Positions 1-10,524 of a DNA stretch of 64,000 nucleotides are shown in pieces. This stretch comes from a virus (lineage: Duplodnaviria > Caudoviricetes): IMG/VR virus record IMGVR_UViG_3300021387_000087; one strand, 5' to 3'. Within the stretch, counting starts at the first letter, position 1, and the number at the start of each line of letters is the position of its first letter. The notes below the pieces were generated by a model. That model saw only the letters and a program-made list of their open reading frames with translations. It did not search any database and had not been told where the DNA came from. A program made the position numbers and the translations under genes.

Positions 1-1
1 G

Positions 2-178
2 GGATTTCCTAACGGTCAATCTCCACCACAAGATTTATTTCAAGAAATGTATCAAATTTGCATGTCACATCCAGAATGCGTTGGCTGTCCATATATAAGT
101 CAACCTGTGCAAATAAAAGACGCTATGCAGATTTGTGAAATAGGAATTCATAAACAAAAACAAGGAGAAACACAATGA
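2..178 (+). CDS. Partial hypothetical protein (3' end), Cys-containing
   Basis: Open frame from window edge (GFPNGQSPP...CMSHPECVGCPY...ETQ*); stop overlaps next start as ATGA. Confidence 0.6.
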   Translation, partial: GFPNGQSPPQDLFQEMYQICMSHPECVGCPYISQPVQIKDAMQICEIGIHKQKQGETQ

Positions 179-900
179 GTCATTTTGCAGTTTTAGTTTT
201 ACATGAAGAAGATCAGTCTATTGAAGATCTGCTTGCACCTTATAGTGAGAATCTGGAAGTAGAGCCTTATGTCAAGTATACACGCACTCAGGCTATCAAC
301 AAAATGCGGGAAGCTTGCCCAAGTTTATATAAAGATAAATCTGAGGATGAAATTTTTCAGAATGCGTGTGATTGGTTTGGTTGTACGCTTGATGACGATA
401 ATAATCTTCTCAGCACGTATAATCCTAATAGTAAATGGGACTGGTGGGTAGTCGGTGGTCGTTTTGGCGGTATACTCCCTATTATCCCGACAGCACTTGA
501 TGGATATCATGGTATGGAATATGTTGATAGTGCTTTTGTACGTCATGTTAAATGGGTGCAGCCACTTGACAAAGAAGAACGAGAAGATATAATTAAATGG
601 TGGAATGTGAATATTGAGGGCGCTGAGGGAGAAAAGGACGAGTGCTTCTTGTATAATCCTGAATATTATAAAGAGCGTTATAAAGATGTAGAGACATACA
701 TCAAGACTCGGGAACTCCCTTGTTATCATGCGGTTGTAACTCCAGATGGTATCTGGCACGAGCCATCTAAAGTGGGCTGGTGGGGTTGTACAAATGGAGA
801 TCCGTCTAAAGAACTTGAATGGGATCTTCATTTTAAAGAGCATTTCATTGATACAGCTGAATTTGATTGGGTTGCAACTATTGTAGATTGTCATATTTAA
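175..900 (+). CDS. Phage hypothetical protein (NPNSKWDWWVVGGR motif)
   Basis: 241-aa ORF with AAGGAG RBS; Trp-rich motif typical of a widespread phage protein of unknown function. Confidence 0.8.
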   Translation: MSHFAVLVLHEEDQSIEDLLAPYSENLEVEPYVKYTRTQAINKMREACPSLYKDKSEDEIFQNACDWFGCTLDDDNNLLSTYNPNSKWDWWVVGGRFGGILPIIPTALDGYHGMEYVDSAFVRHVKWVQPLDKEEREDIIKWWNVNIEGAEGEKDECFLYNPEYYKERYKDVETYIKTRELPCYHAVVTPDGIWHEPSKVGWWGCTNGDPSKELEWDLHFKEHFIDTAEFDWVATIVDCHI

Positions 901-916
901 AAGAGGTAATAATTAA

Positions 917-1507
917 ATGGCTAAAGGAAGAAAGCGAGTATGTGTATTATGTGGTTTAACTATTGAAGACAATAATGATTCAGTGCCTTATAAGAAACGT
1001 TATGCACATACTGCTTGCTTCCGTGCAGCCGCTAAAGCAATTCATGTAGATAAAGAAGAGAAGGTCAAAAAGAAGGAAGCTGAGAAAAAGATTAAACCTG
1101 TTTCAAAGCCAAAAGCAGAATTAAAAGATGCCCTTTCTGACGAGGAATATATACAGAAAAATCTTTATTATGACTACATTCGTAAAACTACAGGGATTGC
1201 GGAACTTCCTGTAAAGGTTTATGCACTCACAGATAACTATATAAAAAAGTATGAATTTACATTCCAAGGTATGTACGCTACATTAACTTACATGCATGAT
1301 ATTCTTAGTAAGGAATTTGGAGAGGATATTGTCGGTTTGATTCCGTATTATTACACTGAAGCGCAAGCACATTATAAAACTGTGAAAGCTATTGGTGATC
1401 GGAACAAAGATATAAATACTAAAGGAATGTATAAACATAAAACTGTTTATATTGATACAAAAAAGAAGAAAATTAAACAGTTAGATATTACAACAATTGG
1501 GGGATAA
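917..1507 (+). CDS. Zn-finger replication-associated protein (SPbeta YorH-like position)
   Basis: CVLC...HTAC motif; immediately upstream of helicase-primase as in SPbeta yorH-yorI-yorJ. Confidence 0.6.
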   Translation: MAKGRKRVCVLCGLTIEDNNDSVPYKKRYAHTACFRAAAKAIHVDKEEKVKKKEAEKKIKPVSKPKAELKDALSDEEYIQKNLYYDYIRKTTGIAELPVKVYALTDNYIKKYEFTFQGMYATLTYMHDILSKEFGEDIVGLIPYYYTEAQAHYKTVKAIGDRNKDINTKGMYKHKTVYIDTKKKKIKQLDITTIGG

Positions 1508-1510
1508 AGA

Positions 1511-3163
1511 ATGTACGAAACATTAACAGACAAACGAGCAATTCTAAATACGATTGGATGTTTGATGCTCGACCCCACTTTAATAGATGATATTGACCGT
1601 CCTTTGGACAGAACAGATTTTGATACAGAAGCATTATATGAACTATTGTATGTAGCTATTTTTAATTCATATATGCAAGGTGTTAAAGATATAAATGAAT
1701 TTACTATAGATTCGTATCTTTCTTCTTATAAAGAGCAGTATGAGATTTTTCAGACTAATGATGGTTTAAATTATCTTGCAAGTGCACGAGAGATGAGTAG
1801 TCTTGATAATTATGATTATTATTATCATCGACTTAGGAAATATTCTCTGCTTAGATATTATGAGAAGAAAGGCTATAATACAAAATCAATATTTGATCCA
1901 ACTGTAGGTGTAGAAGAACTTACAAAAGAAATGGAAAAGTTCGATAACTATACTGAACAAGATATTGTAAGAATGGTCGAGACAGATTTAGTTATCAGTC
2001 CTACGATTAAATATTGTACGAATATGTTAACTACTGAAATTCAGGCGGCTGATGATGCGTTTGATTTAGTAGAAAGCTTTAGAAAAATTCCTGATGTAGG
2101 CGTGCCATTAAATAATAATGGATTAAATACAGTAGCAAGAGGTGGTAGAAAAGGATGTTTATATATGAGGTCTCTTCCACAAGGAGAAGGAAAATCTCGA
2201 TGTGCGGCAGGAGACGCTTGTAAAATTGCAGTTCCATATGTATATGATACGTATAAAAAAGACTTTGTTTATACAGGAATGTCAGAACCCACTACATATA
2301 TCACTACTGAAATGACAGTAGATGAAATACAAACCATTTTAATTGCCGCTGTCAGCAAAGTAAATGAAGAACATATTTTGTATGGTGAATATAAAGATGG
2401 TGAATATGAAAGAGTTAAAAAAGCGATTGAATATATTCGATCCTCTCCGCTATATATTGTTCACATTCCTGATTTTTCAATTGAAGATATTAAAAATATA
2501 ATTAAAAAATATAATCGAGAATTTAAAGTCGAGTATTTCTTTTTTGATTATATAAGTACTTCACTTAGACTTATGTCAGAAGTTAGTGGCAAATCTCGCA
2601 TGGGTTTGAAAGAACATCAACTTCTGTTGGTATTTTCGACAGAACTAAAAACAATTGCTCAACAATTAAATGTGTTTATTTTTACTGCTTCACAACTTAA
2701 TGGAGAAGCACGAAATGCCACTATCAAAGATCAAAATCTTTTGTCTGGCGCAAAAGCATTAGCCAATAAACTTGATGTAGGTATTATTTCAATGCGTCCC
2801 ACGCAACGTGAGCAGGATAAACTAGATGCTATTATTCAAAATCATTTTGGTTTACGAATGCCTAATATGGGTCATTGGGTGTATAAGGTTCGTAGAGGAA
2901 GACTTACCCATATTATAATTTGGAGTCAGATTGATTTGGGTACAATGGATGAAGAGGCACTGTTTGTAACAGATTTTGATTTTAATCTTATTGATATAGA
3001 TTTTACTCAGATTGAACAAGTCGAAGCTAAAATTCAAGAACATTCAGTATTGGAATCACAGGTACATGATGAAGAACCTGAAATTATTGATACCACGGCT
3101 ATTGAAATTAAATCTGAAGCAGTAGAAGAAGAACAAGTAGTAAAAAGAGATTTTGATTGGTGA
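1511..3163 (+). CDS. DnaB-like replicative helicase
   Basis: Walker A SLPQGEGKS, ITTEM, FFDYI (Walker B), TASQLN, K-x-R-R-G arginine finger region. Confidence 0.9.
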   Translation: MYETLTDKRAILNTIGCLMLDPTLIDDIDRPLDRTDFDTEALYELLYVAIFNSYMQGVKDINEFTIDSYLSSYKEQYEIFQTNDGLNYLASAREMSSLDNYDYYYHRLRKYSLLRYYEKKGYNTKSIFDPTVGVEELTKEMEKFDNYTEQDIVRMVETDLVISPTIKYCTNMLTTEIQAADDAFDLVESFRKIPDVGVPLNNNGLNTVARGGRKGCLYMRSLPQGEGKSRCAAGDACKIAVPYVYDTYKKDFVYTGMSEPTTYITTEMTVDEIQTILIAAVSKVNEEHILYGEYKDGEYERVKKAIEYIRSSPLYIVHIPDFSIEDIKNIIKKYNREFKVEYFFFDYISTSLRLMSEVSGKSRMGLKEHQLLLVFSTELKTIAQQLNVFIFTASQLNGEARNATIKDQNLLSGAKALANKLDVGIISMRPTQREQDKLDAIIQNHFGLRMPNMGHWVYKVRRGRLTHIIIWSQIDLGTMDEEALFVTDFDFNLIDIDFTQIEQVEAKIQEHSVLESQVHDEEPEIIDTTAIEIKSEAVEEEQVVKRDFDW

Positions 3164-3172
3164 TTCCCTTTT

Positions 3173-3202
3173 TGGGTATAACTGGGTATAACTGGGTATA
3201 AC
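3173..3202 (+). repeat. 3 x 10-bp tandem repeat TGGGTATAAC
   Basis: Exact tandem copies at 3173, 3183 and 3193 between helicase stop and primase start. Confidence 0.95.
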
Positions 3203-3211
3203 GGTAAGAAT

Positions 3212-4345
3212 ATGTATTTAGATCAGAAAAAAATATTAAATTCATTAACAAATGAAGATATAATCAAAATTTGTGCAGAATTGGGTTCACCAGAATATAA
3301 GCGTGATAGTCAAGGGAATCTCTGTTTTTCGACAGCAATTTGCCACGATGGAGACAGTCCCTATAAACTAACATATTATAATGATTCTCATCGCTTTAAA
3401 TGTTGGACGTGTGGTGATTCATATGGGATTATTGAACTTATTATTCGTGCTCATAGATTACAGGGAAAAACACTTACTTATTATAAGGCGCTTTATTTTT
3501 TAGCTTCTAAGACAGGTCGATTATACGAAAAAGACCCTGAACAAATTGCTCCAGAAAAAACTATTACAGACTTTGAATGGATCAATCGTTTAAAATCTAT
3601 AAAGAAAAATTCAAAGGCGGTGCCTAATTTATCAGAAATAAATGAAAATATTCTTGATATATTCTGGTATGCACCTTATCAAGGATGGCTTGATGAACAT
3701 ATAACTCGTGAAGCAATGTCACGATTTGAAATAGGATATTATGGATTAACCAATCAAATAACCATTCCACATCGAGACATCAATGAGCGATTAATTGGCA
3801 TCAGAGGGCGTTTTTTAAACGATGAAGATGTTGAACGCTTTGGTAAATATGTGCCATTGCAGATCGGTGGACGCTTCTTGAGCCATCAGCTTGGAAGTAA
3901 TCTATATGGTATTCATGTTGCTAAGGATAAGATACGGCAGTGCAAGAAAGTGATGTTGGTCGAAGCTGAGAAATCCGTGTTACAAGCGTATTCGTATTTT
4001 GGTGAAGATAGCTTCGTAGTTGGGCTTTGCGGATCAAATATATCAAAGACACAAATTAAAATTATACTAGAACAATTAAAAGTTGAAGAAGTTATCATAG
4101 GATTGGATAGAGAGTATGAAGAGTCGGATAGTTTTGAAGCAACTGCGTATTATCAAAAACTGATTAAAAAAGTTGCTCCTCTTGTACCGTATGTCCGTGT
4201 ATATCTGGTGCTCGATAAAGAACATAGACTTGATTATAAAGATTCTCCCACTGACAAGGGTAAAGATATCTTATTGCAACTGATGAAAGAAAAAATTTTA
4301 GTAACTATGGATGACGTGAATGATGTAATGAAAAGAAAGGACTAA
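3212..4345 (+). CDS. DNA primase (Zn ribbon + TOPRIM)
   Basis: CH...CWTC Zn ribbon, LIGIRGR, NLYG, VEAEKS, IGLDRE, KDSPTDKG. Confidence 0.9.
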   Translation: MYLDQKKILNSLTNEDIIKICAELGSPEYKRDSQGNLCFSTAICHDGDSPYKLTYYNDSHRFKCWTCGDSYGIIELIIRAHRLQGKTLTYYKALYFLASKTGRLYEKDPEQIAPEKTITDFEWINRLKSIKKNSKAVPNLSEINENILDIFWYAPYQGWLDEHITREAMSRFEIGYYGLTNQITIPHRDINERLIGIRGRFLNDEDVERFGKYVPLQIGGRFLSHQLGSNLYGIHVAKDKIRQCKKVMLVEAEKSVLQAYSYFGEDSFVVGLCGSNISKTQIKIILEQLKVEEVIIGLDREYEESDSFEATAYYQKLIKKVAPLVPYVRVYLVLDKEHRLDYKDSPTDKGKDILLQLMKEKILVTMDDVNDVMKRKD

Positions 4346-4351
4346 TGTATT

Positions 4352-4522
4352 ATGAGCGGATTTGTAAAAGTACTTGTGGCAAGTGGATGTGCTGCTTTGG
4401 CAGGTGGACTTAATGTGTGGCTGAATCTCAAGGACAAAAAGACACCAACTGTTAAAGATGTGGCTGTTGCATTTATTTCACCTATGCTTATGGTTGTATC
4501 AACATGTGCATTATTTGTGTGA
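4352..4522 (+). CDS. Small two-helix membrane protein (56 aa), below ORF-track cutoff
   Basis: MSGFVKVLVASGCAALAGGLNVWL...VAVAFISPMLMVVSTCALFV*; fills the gap between primase and the next RBS. Confidence 0.65.
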   Translation: MSGFVKVLVASGCAALAGGLNVWLNLKDKKTPTVKDVAVAFISPMLMVVSTCALFV

Positions 4523-4532
4523 GGAGGATAAT

Positions 4533-4904
4533 ATGATTAAAATTGGAGACACTGTGCAAGTTACAAATTGGGGAGCTGAGTATACTACAGATTATGACTG
4601 GTTTGAAAAACATAGAGATGTCCCTTTTAGGTATGTGATTTGTTATGCATATGACGAACGTGATAATTATAAAAATCGAAGATTTACGGATGATAGGCTA
4701 TTTAAAGTTCTGTACGTAGATTGCGTTAGCAACAAGGTGCTTATTACTTTATTAGAAAATGATAATTTTGACTGGGCACCGGGTCGCGTCTATCTTGTAG
4801 GATGTGAAGGTATTAAACCTTGTTGCCGCTCAATGACTTTAGAAGAAATTGAACAAAAACTTGGATATAAAATTATAATTATTGATAAAAAAGGGGATAA
4901 TTAA
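4533..4904 (+). CDS. Hypothetical protein (start revised to ATG 4533)
   Basis: GAGGAGG RBS before MIKIGDTVQV; ends MTLEEIEQKLGYKI, a common phage tail motif of small early genes. Confidence 0.75.
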   Translation: MIKIGDTVQVTNWGAEYTTDYDWFEKHRDVPFRYVICYAYDERDNYKNRRFTDDRLFKVLYVDCVSNKVLITLLENDNFDWAPGRVYLVGCEGIKPCCRSMTLEEIEQKLGYKIIIIDKKGDN

Positions 4905-4906
4905 TT

Positions 4907-5386
4907 ATGAGAAAAAAACTTGTTTCAATTGCGGCTGTTGTTGTCATGATTATTTCTATGTGTTCAATTGTTAAGGCAAAAACCACAACTGGACTAATGG
5001 GACAGGATTCACAGGGTCGTTATTTTTCGACAGAAACCGGATACTTTACAGTACAAGGAAAGACTTATTATGCGCATCATAGTAAAAGTCAAATGTATGC
5101 TAAAGGTGAACTTGCCACAAATACATATAGAATAAGAAATAACAAACTATATTATTTTGGTAGAGATGGTGCCATGATTACTCGCAAAACTAGTCGTGAC
5201 AGAGCAACTCGATTTATTGATTTTAATAAGGATGGTTCTGTGCACTATATTTATCCCATGGGGCGGGGGACGAAATACGAAAGATATAATGCTAATCGTA
5301 AACGTTATCAGATATTTAAGCGTGGAAAATGGCGTGATACGGGTATGCAGTGCTGGCCGTATGGTATGATTGACCACCAGTGGTAA
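4907..5386 (+). CDS. Secreted protein with cell-wall/choline-binding-like repeats
   Basis: Signal peptide MRKKLVSIAAVVVMII...VKA; repeats TGYFTVQGKTYY and NKLYYFGRDGAM. Confidence 0.7.
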   Translation: MRKKLVSIAAVVVMIISMCSIVKAKTTTGLMGQDSQGRYFSTETGYFTVQGKTYYAHHSKSQMYAKGELATNTYRIRNNKLYYFGRDGAMITRKTSRDRATRFIDFNKDGSVHYIYPMGRGTKYERYNANRKRYQIFKRGKWRDTGMQCWPYGMIDHQW

Positions 5387-5524
5387 TAGGCTGTATTTCC
5401 GAAAATTAAGCAGAAAAATCGCCTTAATTTTTTAATAAGGATACTTCCATGAGGGTACGGTGGGGTAAGTAGATAGGATAAAAATAATATCGAAAACCCC
5501 ACTTATTTTGACATAGAGAGGAAA

Positions 5525-6586
5525 GTGAGTATGAGTAATGAATTAGTAGAAGATTATTATAAGTCAATGAGTGACTTTTTTGAGGGGAAAGTAAGGGGCG
5601 TTACTGAAGCAGATCGAGGTGTATTGCCACGATTGAGTTATAGTGGCTTAGAAGTACTTCGTAATTGTCCATATCAATATCATCTTAAATATGGTGAAAA
5701 GAAATTTACCAAAGAAACCACATTGGCTTTGGAACTAGGAAGTCTATGTCACTTAATCCTTGAACTTAAATGTAATTATATTAAAGAGGGCAAACCTGTA
5801 GATTATGATTATCTTCATTTTATTTTAAAATATGGTTCTATAGATACAAATGCGAAAACAAAAGAGCATATCCTTGGAGTGGATGAATTAAAGCGGAAAT
5901 ATTTTGAAGAATGGTATGAGCCTGATAATGCCTCTGGAATGACGTATGAAGAAAAGATGGTAGTATTTGAAAAGGTTCTTAATGAGGAAATGGACGATAC
6001 TTCACTCTGGCATCCTATTTATGCAGAATTACCGTTTGAATTCGTATATAAAGATAGAGTTATTTTTAATGGGTTTATTGATAGAGTAGATATTAATGTA
6101 TATGGGGGTTTTAGAACGGTTGATTACAAGACCAGCAAGAAACAATTCGAATCGGCAAAAGTCGTAACATCACTTCAGTTTGGTATTTATGCAATGGCAA
6201 TTTATCAGCTGCTTGGTCAGATTCCAGTGAGTTTTTTATATCGTTTTATTTTACTTGATGAAGATCAGATGGCTATGAGTTATGGTTGGGAAAAGCGATT
6301 AGAAAAGACGCTTGACAATGCGCTTGATAAGATGGACAAGAATAAGAAGAGTGGTATCTGGCTGCCGAAACCCTCGCCTTTATGTGCGTGGTGTAGCTAT
6401 AGTATTACAAATCCTAAAGCACATGAATTTAAAAACGACTGTGAATATTATAGTCTCTGGACGCCAGAAAATCGCGTTTGGGCTGTAAATAAAAAATACA
6501 ACGCTCTTGACAATGCGGGTAAAAAGAGTACAATTGATACAGGCAACAAGTTAAAATTAAATGGTAAGCGGAAATTGATTTTTTAA
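5525..6586 (+). CDS. PD-(D/E)XK RecB/Cas4-like exonuclease
   Basis: LSYS...CPY, GFIDRVD, VDYKT, QFGIY, CAWC...C (four-Cys Fe-S arrangement). Confidence 0.85.
   Translation: MSMSNELVEDYYKSMSDFFEGKVRGVTEADRGVLPRLSYSGLEVLRNCPYQYHLKYGEKKFTKETTLALELGSLCHLILELKCNYIKEGKPVDYDYLHFILKYGSIDTNAKTKEHILGVDELKRKYFEEWYEPDNASGMTYEEKMVVFEKVLNEEMDDTSLWHPIYAELPFEFVYKDRVIFNGFIDRVDINVYGGFRTVDYKTSKKQFESAKVVTSLQFGIYAMAIYQLLGQIPVSFLYRFILLDEDQMAMSYGWEKRLEKTLDNALDKMDKNKKSGIWLPKPSPLCAWCSYSITNPKAHEFKNDCEYYSLWTPENRVWAVNKKYNALDNAGKKSTIDTGNKLKLNGKRKLIF
6507..6534 (+). promoter_or_regulatory. Candidate sigma-A promoter for dnaE inside the nuclease gene 3' end
   Basis: TTGACA-N16-TACAAT. Confidence 0.5.
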
Positions 6587-6597
6587 GGAGTAAATAT

Positions 6598-9500
6598 ATG
6601 TTTTCTTGCCACGGACATACAGAACATTCGAATTATCGGCTTAGGGACGCAATCATTAAAGTGCCCGATTTTATTGAATATCATAGACAGTGTGGCTGGT
6701 TAGGCTGTGTTATCACCGAGCACGAGACAATAGGCAGTCATCTTGACGCTTTAAAATATTTTGATTCAGTTAAAGATAAACCTGAGTACGAAGGATTTAA
6801 ACTTGGACTTGGTAATGAGATTTACTTGTGTCCTGAATCTGTGACCGCAGATAATAAGGGGAGCAATTTCTATCCTCATTTTATTTTAATTGCTCTTGAT
6901 GCGGAAGGTCATAAAGCAATTCGTGAATTGAGTACAAGGGCATGGGTCAATAATTCTTTCATGTCCGTGATGTATCGAGTACCCACTTATTATTCAGACT
7001 TACAGGAATTACTTGAAAAATATAAGGGACATTTAATCGGTTCTTCTGCGTGTTTAGGGGGAAGTATTCCTAGACAGCTTATTAGATATAGAGATGAACA
7101 AGACCCTATGAAGCGTGCCCAAATCTGGGATAATATTAATTATTGGATCGAAACAATGATTGATTGGTTTGGTAATGATTATTTCTTTTTAGAGATACAA
7201 CCAAATCCACATGAAGATCAGATTTTTGTTAATAAAGCTATTATTCAGTTATCTCAGGAATTAGGTGTTCCTTATATTATTACATTAGATGCACACTATC
7301 TTAAAAAAGAAGACAGAGAAATTCATAAAGCATTCTTAAAGGCTGCGGAAGGTGATAGAGAGGTTGATGATTTTTATGCTACAACTTATATCATGACAAG
7401 AGATGAAATCCATGAATATATGGATGAATCAATCGGGTATGATGCAGTTGAGTTAGGATTAAATAATACTATGCTTATTTATGATAAGATACAGTATTAT
7501 TCATTGACGAAAGAGTTGGATATTCCTTATATTCCTTTTGATCTTACCGAACCTGATGAGCAACTTTATATTAAATATAAAGATAATATACCGCTTTTAG
7601 ATTATTTTTATCATTCAGAATATCCTTCAGATAGACATATGACAAGAGAATTGCTTCGTTCAATTGATGGTAAAAATTCTCATTATCAATGTCAACGTGG
7701 TTATGAAATGATAGATGAATGCTTAAATTATTTAAAAACATCTTCAGAGGTTAATAAAGTTCGATGGTCTCGTTATCTTATGCAGGTTCGAGATTATGTG
7801 CAATTAGCTTGGGATGCAGGAAGTTTGGTAATGCCATCTCGTGGTTCTGGCGGTGGTTTTTGCTTGTTATATTTACTTGATATTATTCAATTAGATGCTT
7901 TACGAGAAAAGACTAAGATGTATCCTTGGCGTTTTCTTAATCCCAAACGCGTTAGCGTTCTTGATATTGATACAGATATAGAGTCCGCTAAACGTGAAGC
8001 TGTAATCCAAAAATTTATTGATACTTATGGGTCAGATAGAGTATCAAAAGTATTAACTTTGCAGACTGAAAAAAGCAAAAGTGCGATTCTTACTGCCGCT
8101 CGTGGACTTGGAATATCAAACGATAAAGCTTCATATATAGCATCATTAGTTGTATTCGACCGTGGTAATCCACGTAGTTTGCATACTATGTATTATGGAG
8201 ATGACGAAAATGCCCCAGTGCCTGAATTCGTAAATGAAATGAATTCTTTACCTGATCTTTGGGATGTCGCACAAAAAATTGAGGGATTGATTAGTGGAAT
8301 CGGATCTCATGCAGGTGGCATTATTATTTGTGATAAGCCTCTTGTAGAATCTACTGCTTTAATGAGAACAAATTCTGGAGATATCATTACTCAATTTGAT
8401 CTACACGGTGATGAAGCAGTATCGTTGATTAAAATTGATGAATTATCAGTAGACGGTGCGGATTTACTTCATGCTACGTTAAATCTTTTACTTAAAGATG
8501 GTTTTATTGAATGGCAAGGAAATTTAAAAGATACATATTTTAAATATTTAGGAATTTATAATATTAAAAGAGACACACCTAAATTGTGGGAGTTGGTTGG
8601 TAATCAAAAAGTAATAAACCTATTCCAGTTTGATAAAGATAGTGGGAAAAAAGCTTTAAGTCTTGTTAAGCCCCATTCAATAGATGACCTTGCTACTATT
8701 AATTCTGTTATTCGACTTATGCCTCAGAATAAAGGGGAAGAAATGCCACTTGAAAAATATGCCAGATTTCATGAAAATATTCAACTTTGGTATGATGAAA
8801 TGACAGAATATGGATTAACCGAAGAGGAACAGGATATTTTAAAAGATATTATTGGTATATCTTATGGTATTTGTGAAGCACAAGAGTATTTAATACTGCT
8901 TACGATGCATCCTAAAATCGGTGGTTTTGATTTAGGATGGGCTGACAGATTAAGAAAAGCTGTTGCAAAAAAGAATCCTAAAGATTTTGAACAATTGGAG
9001 AAAGAATTTTTTGAAAATGCTGAAAAAAAACAACTTTCTCCTAATTTAACAAATTACGTTTGGTATCAACTAATATATACCCAGAGAGGTTATGGATTCA
9101 ATAAGGCACACACTCTCGGGTATTCATGTATTGGTTTGCAAGAAGCATGGCTTAATTATAGATATAATCCTATTTATTGGCAGACGGCTAATCTTATTGT
9201 ACGTTCAGGATCATACAACTCAGACGCTAATGACGCTACTGACTACGGTAAAATGGCAGTTGCTATTGCTCTTATTCAATATGAAGGGGTTAAAATTTCA
9301 AATCCTGATATTAACAATCCACAATTTGAATTTGTACCGAATGCGCAGGATGAAAAAATTGAATTTGGCATGAAGGGTATCAATGGTGTAAATACCGAAC
9401 TTGCTCAAGCGATAATTCAGAACGCCCCGTATTCCTCAATGGATGATTTTGCTGCCCGAATGCTCGACACTAAAATTATTCATCCCGCTCAAATGATTAA

Positions 9501-10524
9501 ATTAATCAAAGGTGGTTGTTTTCTAATGTTACATGACCCAGAGCGTTTTGAAACTATGAAGTGGTATTTGCGTAACTATTGCTTTGAACCGTTGTCGAAA
9601 CTTACAATGACACAGCTTCCTAAGATGCAGGAGTTTGATATTATTCCAGAACAGTTTAGAGACAGCCTTAACCGCATTAAAATTAAACAATATGTGTTGG
9701 ATGATGAGGGGTTATATAAACTTTATATTGATCCTGATAAAAAACTTCCTAAACGTGGTTATCATGACCGCTATTTTATTTTGGACGATACATCACAACC
9801 TGTATTTAATAAATTCTTTTCTGAAGATTCTGTGATTGATGTCAAAGATGGTTATTACATCATTTCAGAAAAGAAGTTTTCTAAAGAATGCGATACATTA
9901 ATTCAACCTTTGCGTGACTGGTTTAATTCACAGGAAGCGCTTGATGCATATAACAATGCTTTCTTTAAATCTGTCTGGGATGAAAAAGCATCAGGCACTG
10001 AAGCATCGTGGAACATGGAAGCATGCTGTTTTTATGATCAGGAACATGAACTGGCAAATGTTGACGAGAAATATTATGGTATTGTAAATTACTTCGATTT
10101 GCCAGAAGAACCTGAACCATATGACTGGTATAGTCGTAAAGTTGATGGTGAGTGGAAGCGTGTTCCTAAATATCGTATTACAAGGATTGCTGGAACCGTT
10201 CTCCGTAGCGATAATAACAGACATTCTGTTGCTTTACTTACGTGTTATGGCGTGGTTAATGTTAAATTTTATAAAGGAAATTATGCATTTTATAATAAGC
10301 GTATCTCGCAGCCGTTAGGAGACGGTAAAAAGAAAGTTCTTGAAGACAGTTGGCTCAAGCGTGGGAATAAACTTCTTATTTCTGGTATTCGCAGAGATGA
10401 CCAGTTCTTCCCTTTGATTTATAAAGATACTATTTACAAACATACAGTTTATTTGATTAAAAACATTCTTCCAGATGGACGGATGGAATTACAGACTGAA
10501 AGGGTTCAAGTAGAAGATGAGTGA
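6598..10524 (+). CDS. dnaE: DNA polymerase III alpha subunit
   Basis: PHP HGHTEHS, RGSGGG, LDIDTD catalytic motif, SHAGG, GYGFNKAH, C-terminal OB fold. Confidence 0.95.
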   Translation: MFSCHGHTEHSNYRLRDAIIKVPDFIEYHRQCGWLGCVITEHETIGSHLDALKYFDSVKDKPEYEGFKLGLGNEIYLCPESVTADNKGSNFYPHFILIALDAEGHKAIRELSTRAWVNNSFMSVMYRVPTYYSDLQELLEKYKGHLIGSSACLGGSIPRQLIRYRDEQDPMKRAQIWDNINYWIETMIDWFGNDYFFLEIQPNPHEDQIFVNKAIIQLSQELGVPYIITLDAHYLKKEDREIHKAFLKAAEGDREVDDFYATTYIMTRDEIHEYMDESIGYDAVELGLNNTMLIYDKIQYYSLTKELDIPYIPFDLTEPDEQLYIKYKDNIPLLDYFYHSEYPSDRHMTRELLRSIDGKNSHYQCQRGYEMIDECLNYLKTSSEVNKVRWSRYLMQVRDYVQLAWDAGSLVMPSRGSGGGFCLLYLLDIIQLDALREKTKMYPWRFLNPKRVSVLDIDTDIESAKREAVIQKFIDTYGSDRVSKVLTLQTEKSKSAILTAARGLGISNDKASYIASLVVFDRGNPRSLHTMYYGDDENAPVPEFVNEMNSLPDLWDVAQKIEGLISGIGSHAGGIIICDKPLVESTALMRTNSGDIITQFDLHGDEAVSLIKIDELSVDGADLLHATLNLLLKDGFIEWQGNLKDTYFKYLGIYNIKRDTPKLWELVGNQKVINLFQFDKDSGKKALSLVKPHSIDDLATINSVIRLMPQNKGEEMPLEKYARFHENIQLWYDEMTEYGLTEEEQDILKDIIGISYGICEAQEYLILLTMHPKIGGFDLGWADRLRKAVAKKNPKDFEQLEKEFFENAEKKQLSPNLTNYVWYQLIYTQRGYGFNKAHTLGYSCIGLQEAWLNYRYNPIYWQTANLIVRSGSYNSDANDATDYGKMAVAIALIQYEGVKISNPDINNPQFEFVPNAQDEKIEFGMKGINGVNTELAQAIIQNAPYSSMDDFAARMLDTKIIHPAQMIKLIKGGCFLMLHDPERFETMKWYLRNYCFEPLSKLTMTQLPKMQEFDIIPEQFRDSLNRIKIKQYVLDDEGLYKLYIDPDKKLPKRGYHDRYFILDDTSQPVFNKFFSEDSVIDVKDGYYIISEKKFSKECDTLIQPLRDWFNSQEALDAYNNAFFKSVWDEKASGTEASWNMEACCFYDQEHELANVDEKYYGIVNYFDLPEEPEPYDWYSRKVDGEWKRVPKYRITRIAGTVLRSDNNRHSVALLTCYGVVNVKFYKGNYAFYNKRISQPLGDGKKKVLEDSWLKRGNKLLISGIRRDDQFFPLIYKDTIYKHTVYLIKNILPDGRMELQTERVQVEDE

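Noticed and set aside
5390-5505. Possible structured RNA (GTGGGGT/ACCCCAC and AAAATTAAG/CTTAATTTT stems)
   Set aside because: The stems are short with large loops in AT-rich DNA and cannot be distinguished from chance without covariation data.
5525-6586. CRISPR-Cas locus suggested by the Cas4-like nuclease
   Set aside because: No repeat-spacer array or other cas genes; stand-alone nucleases of this type are common in phage replication modules.
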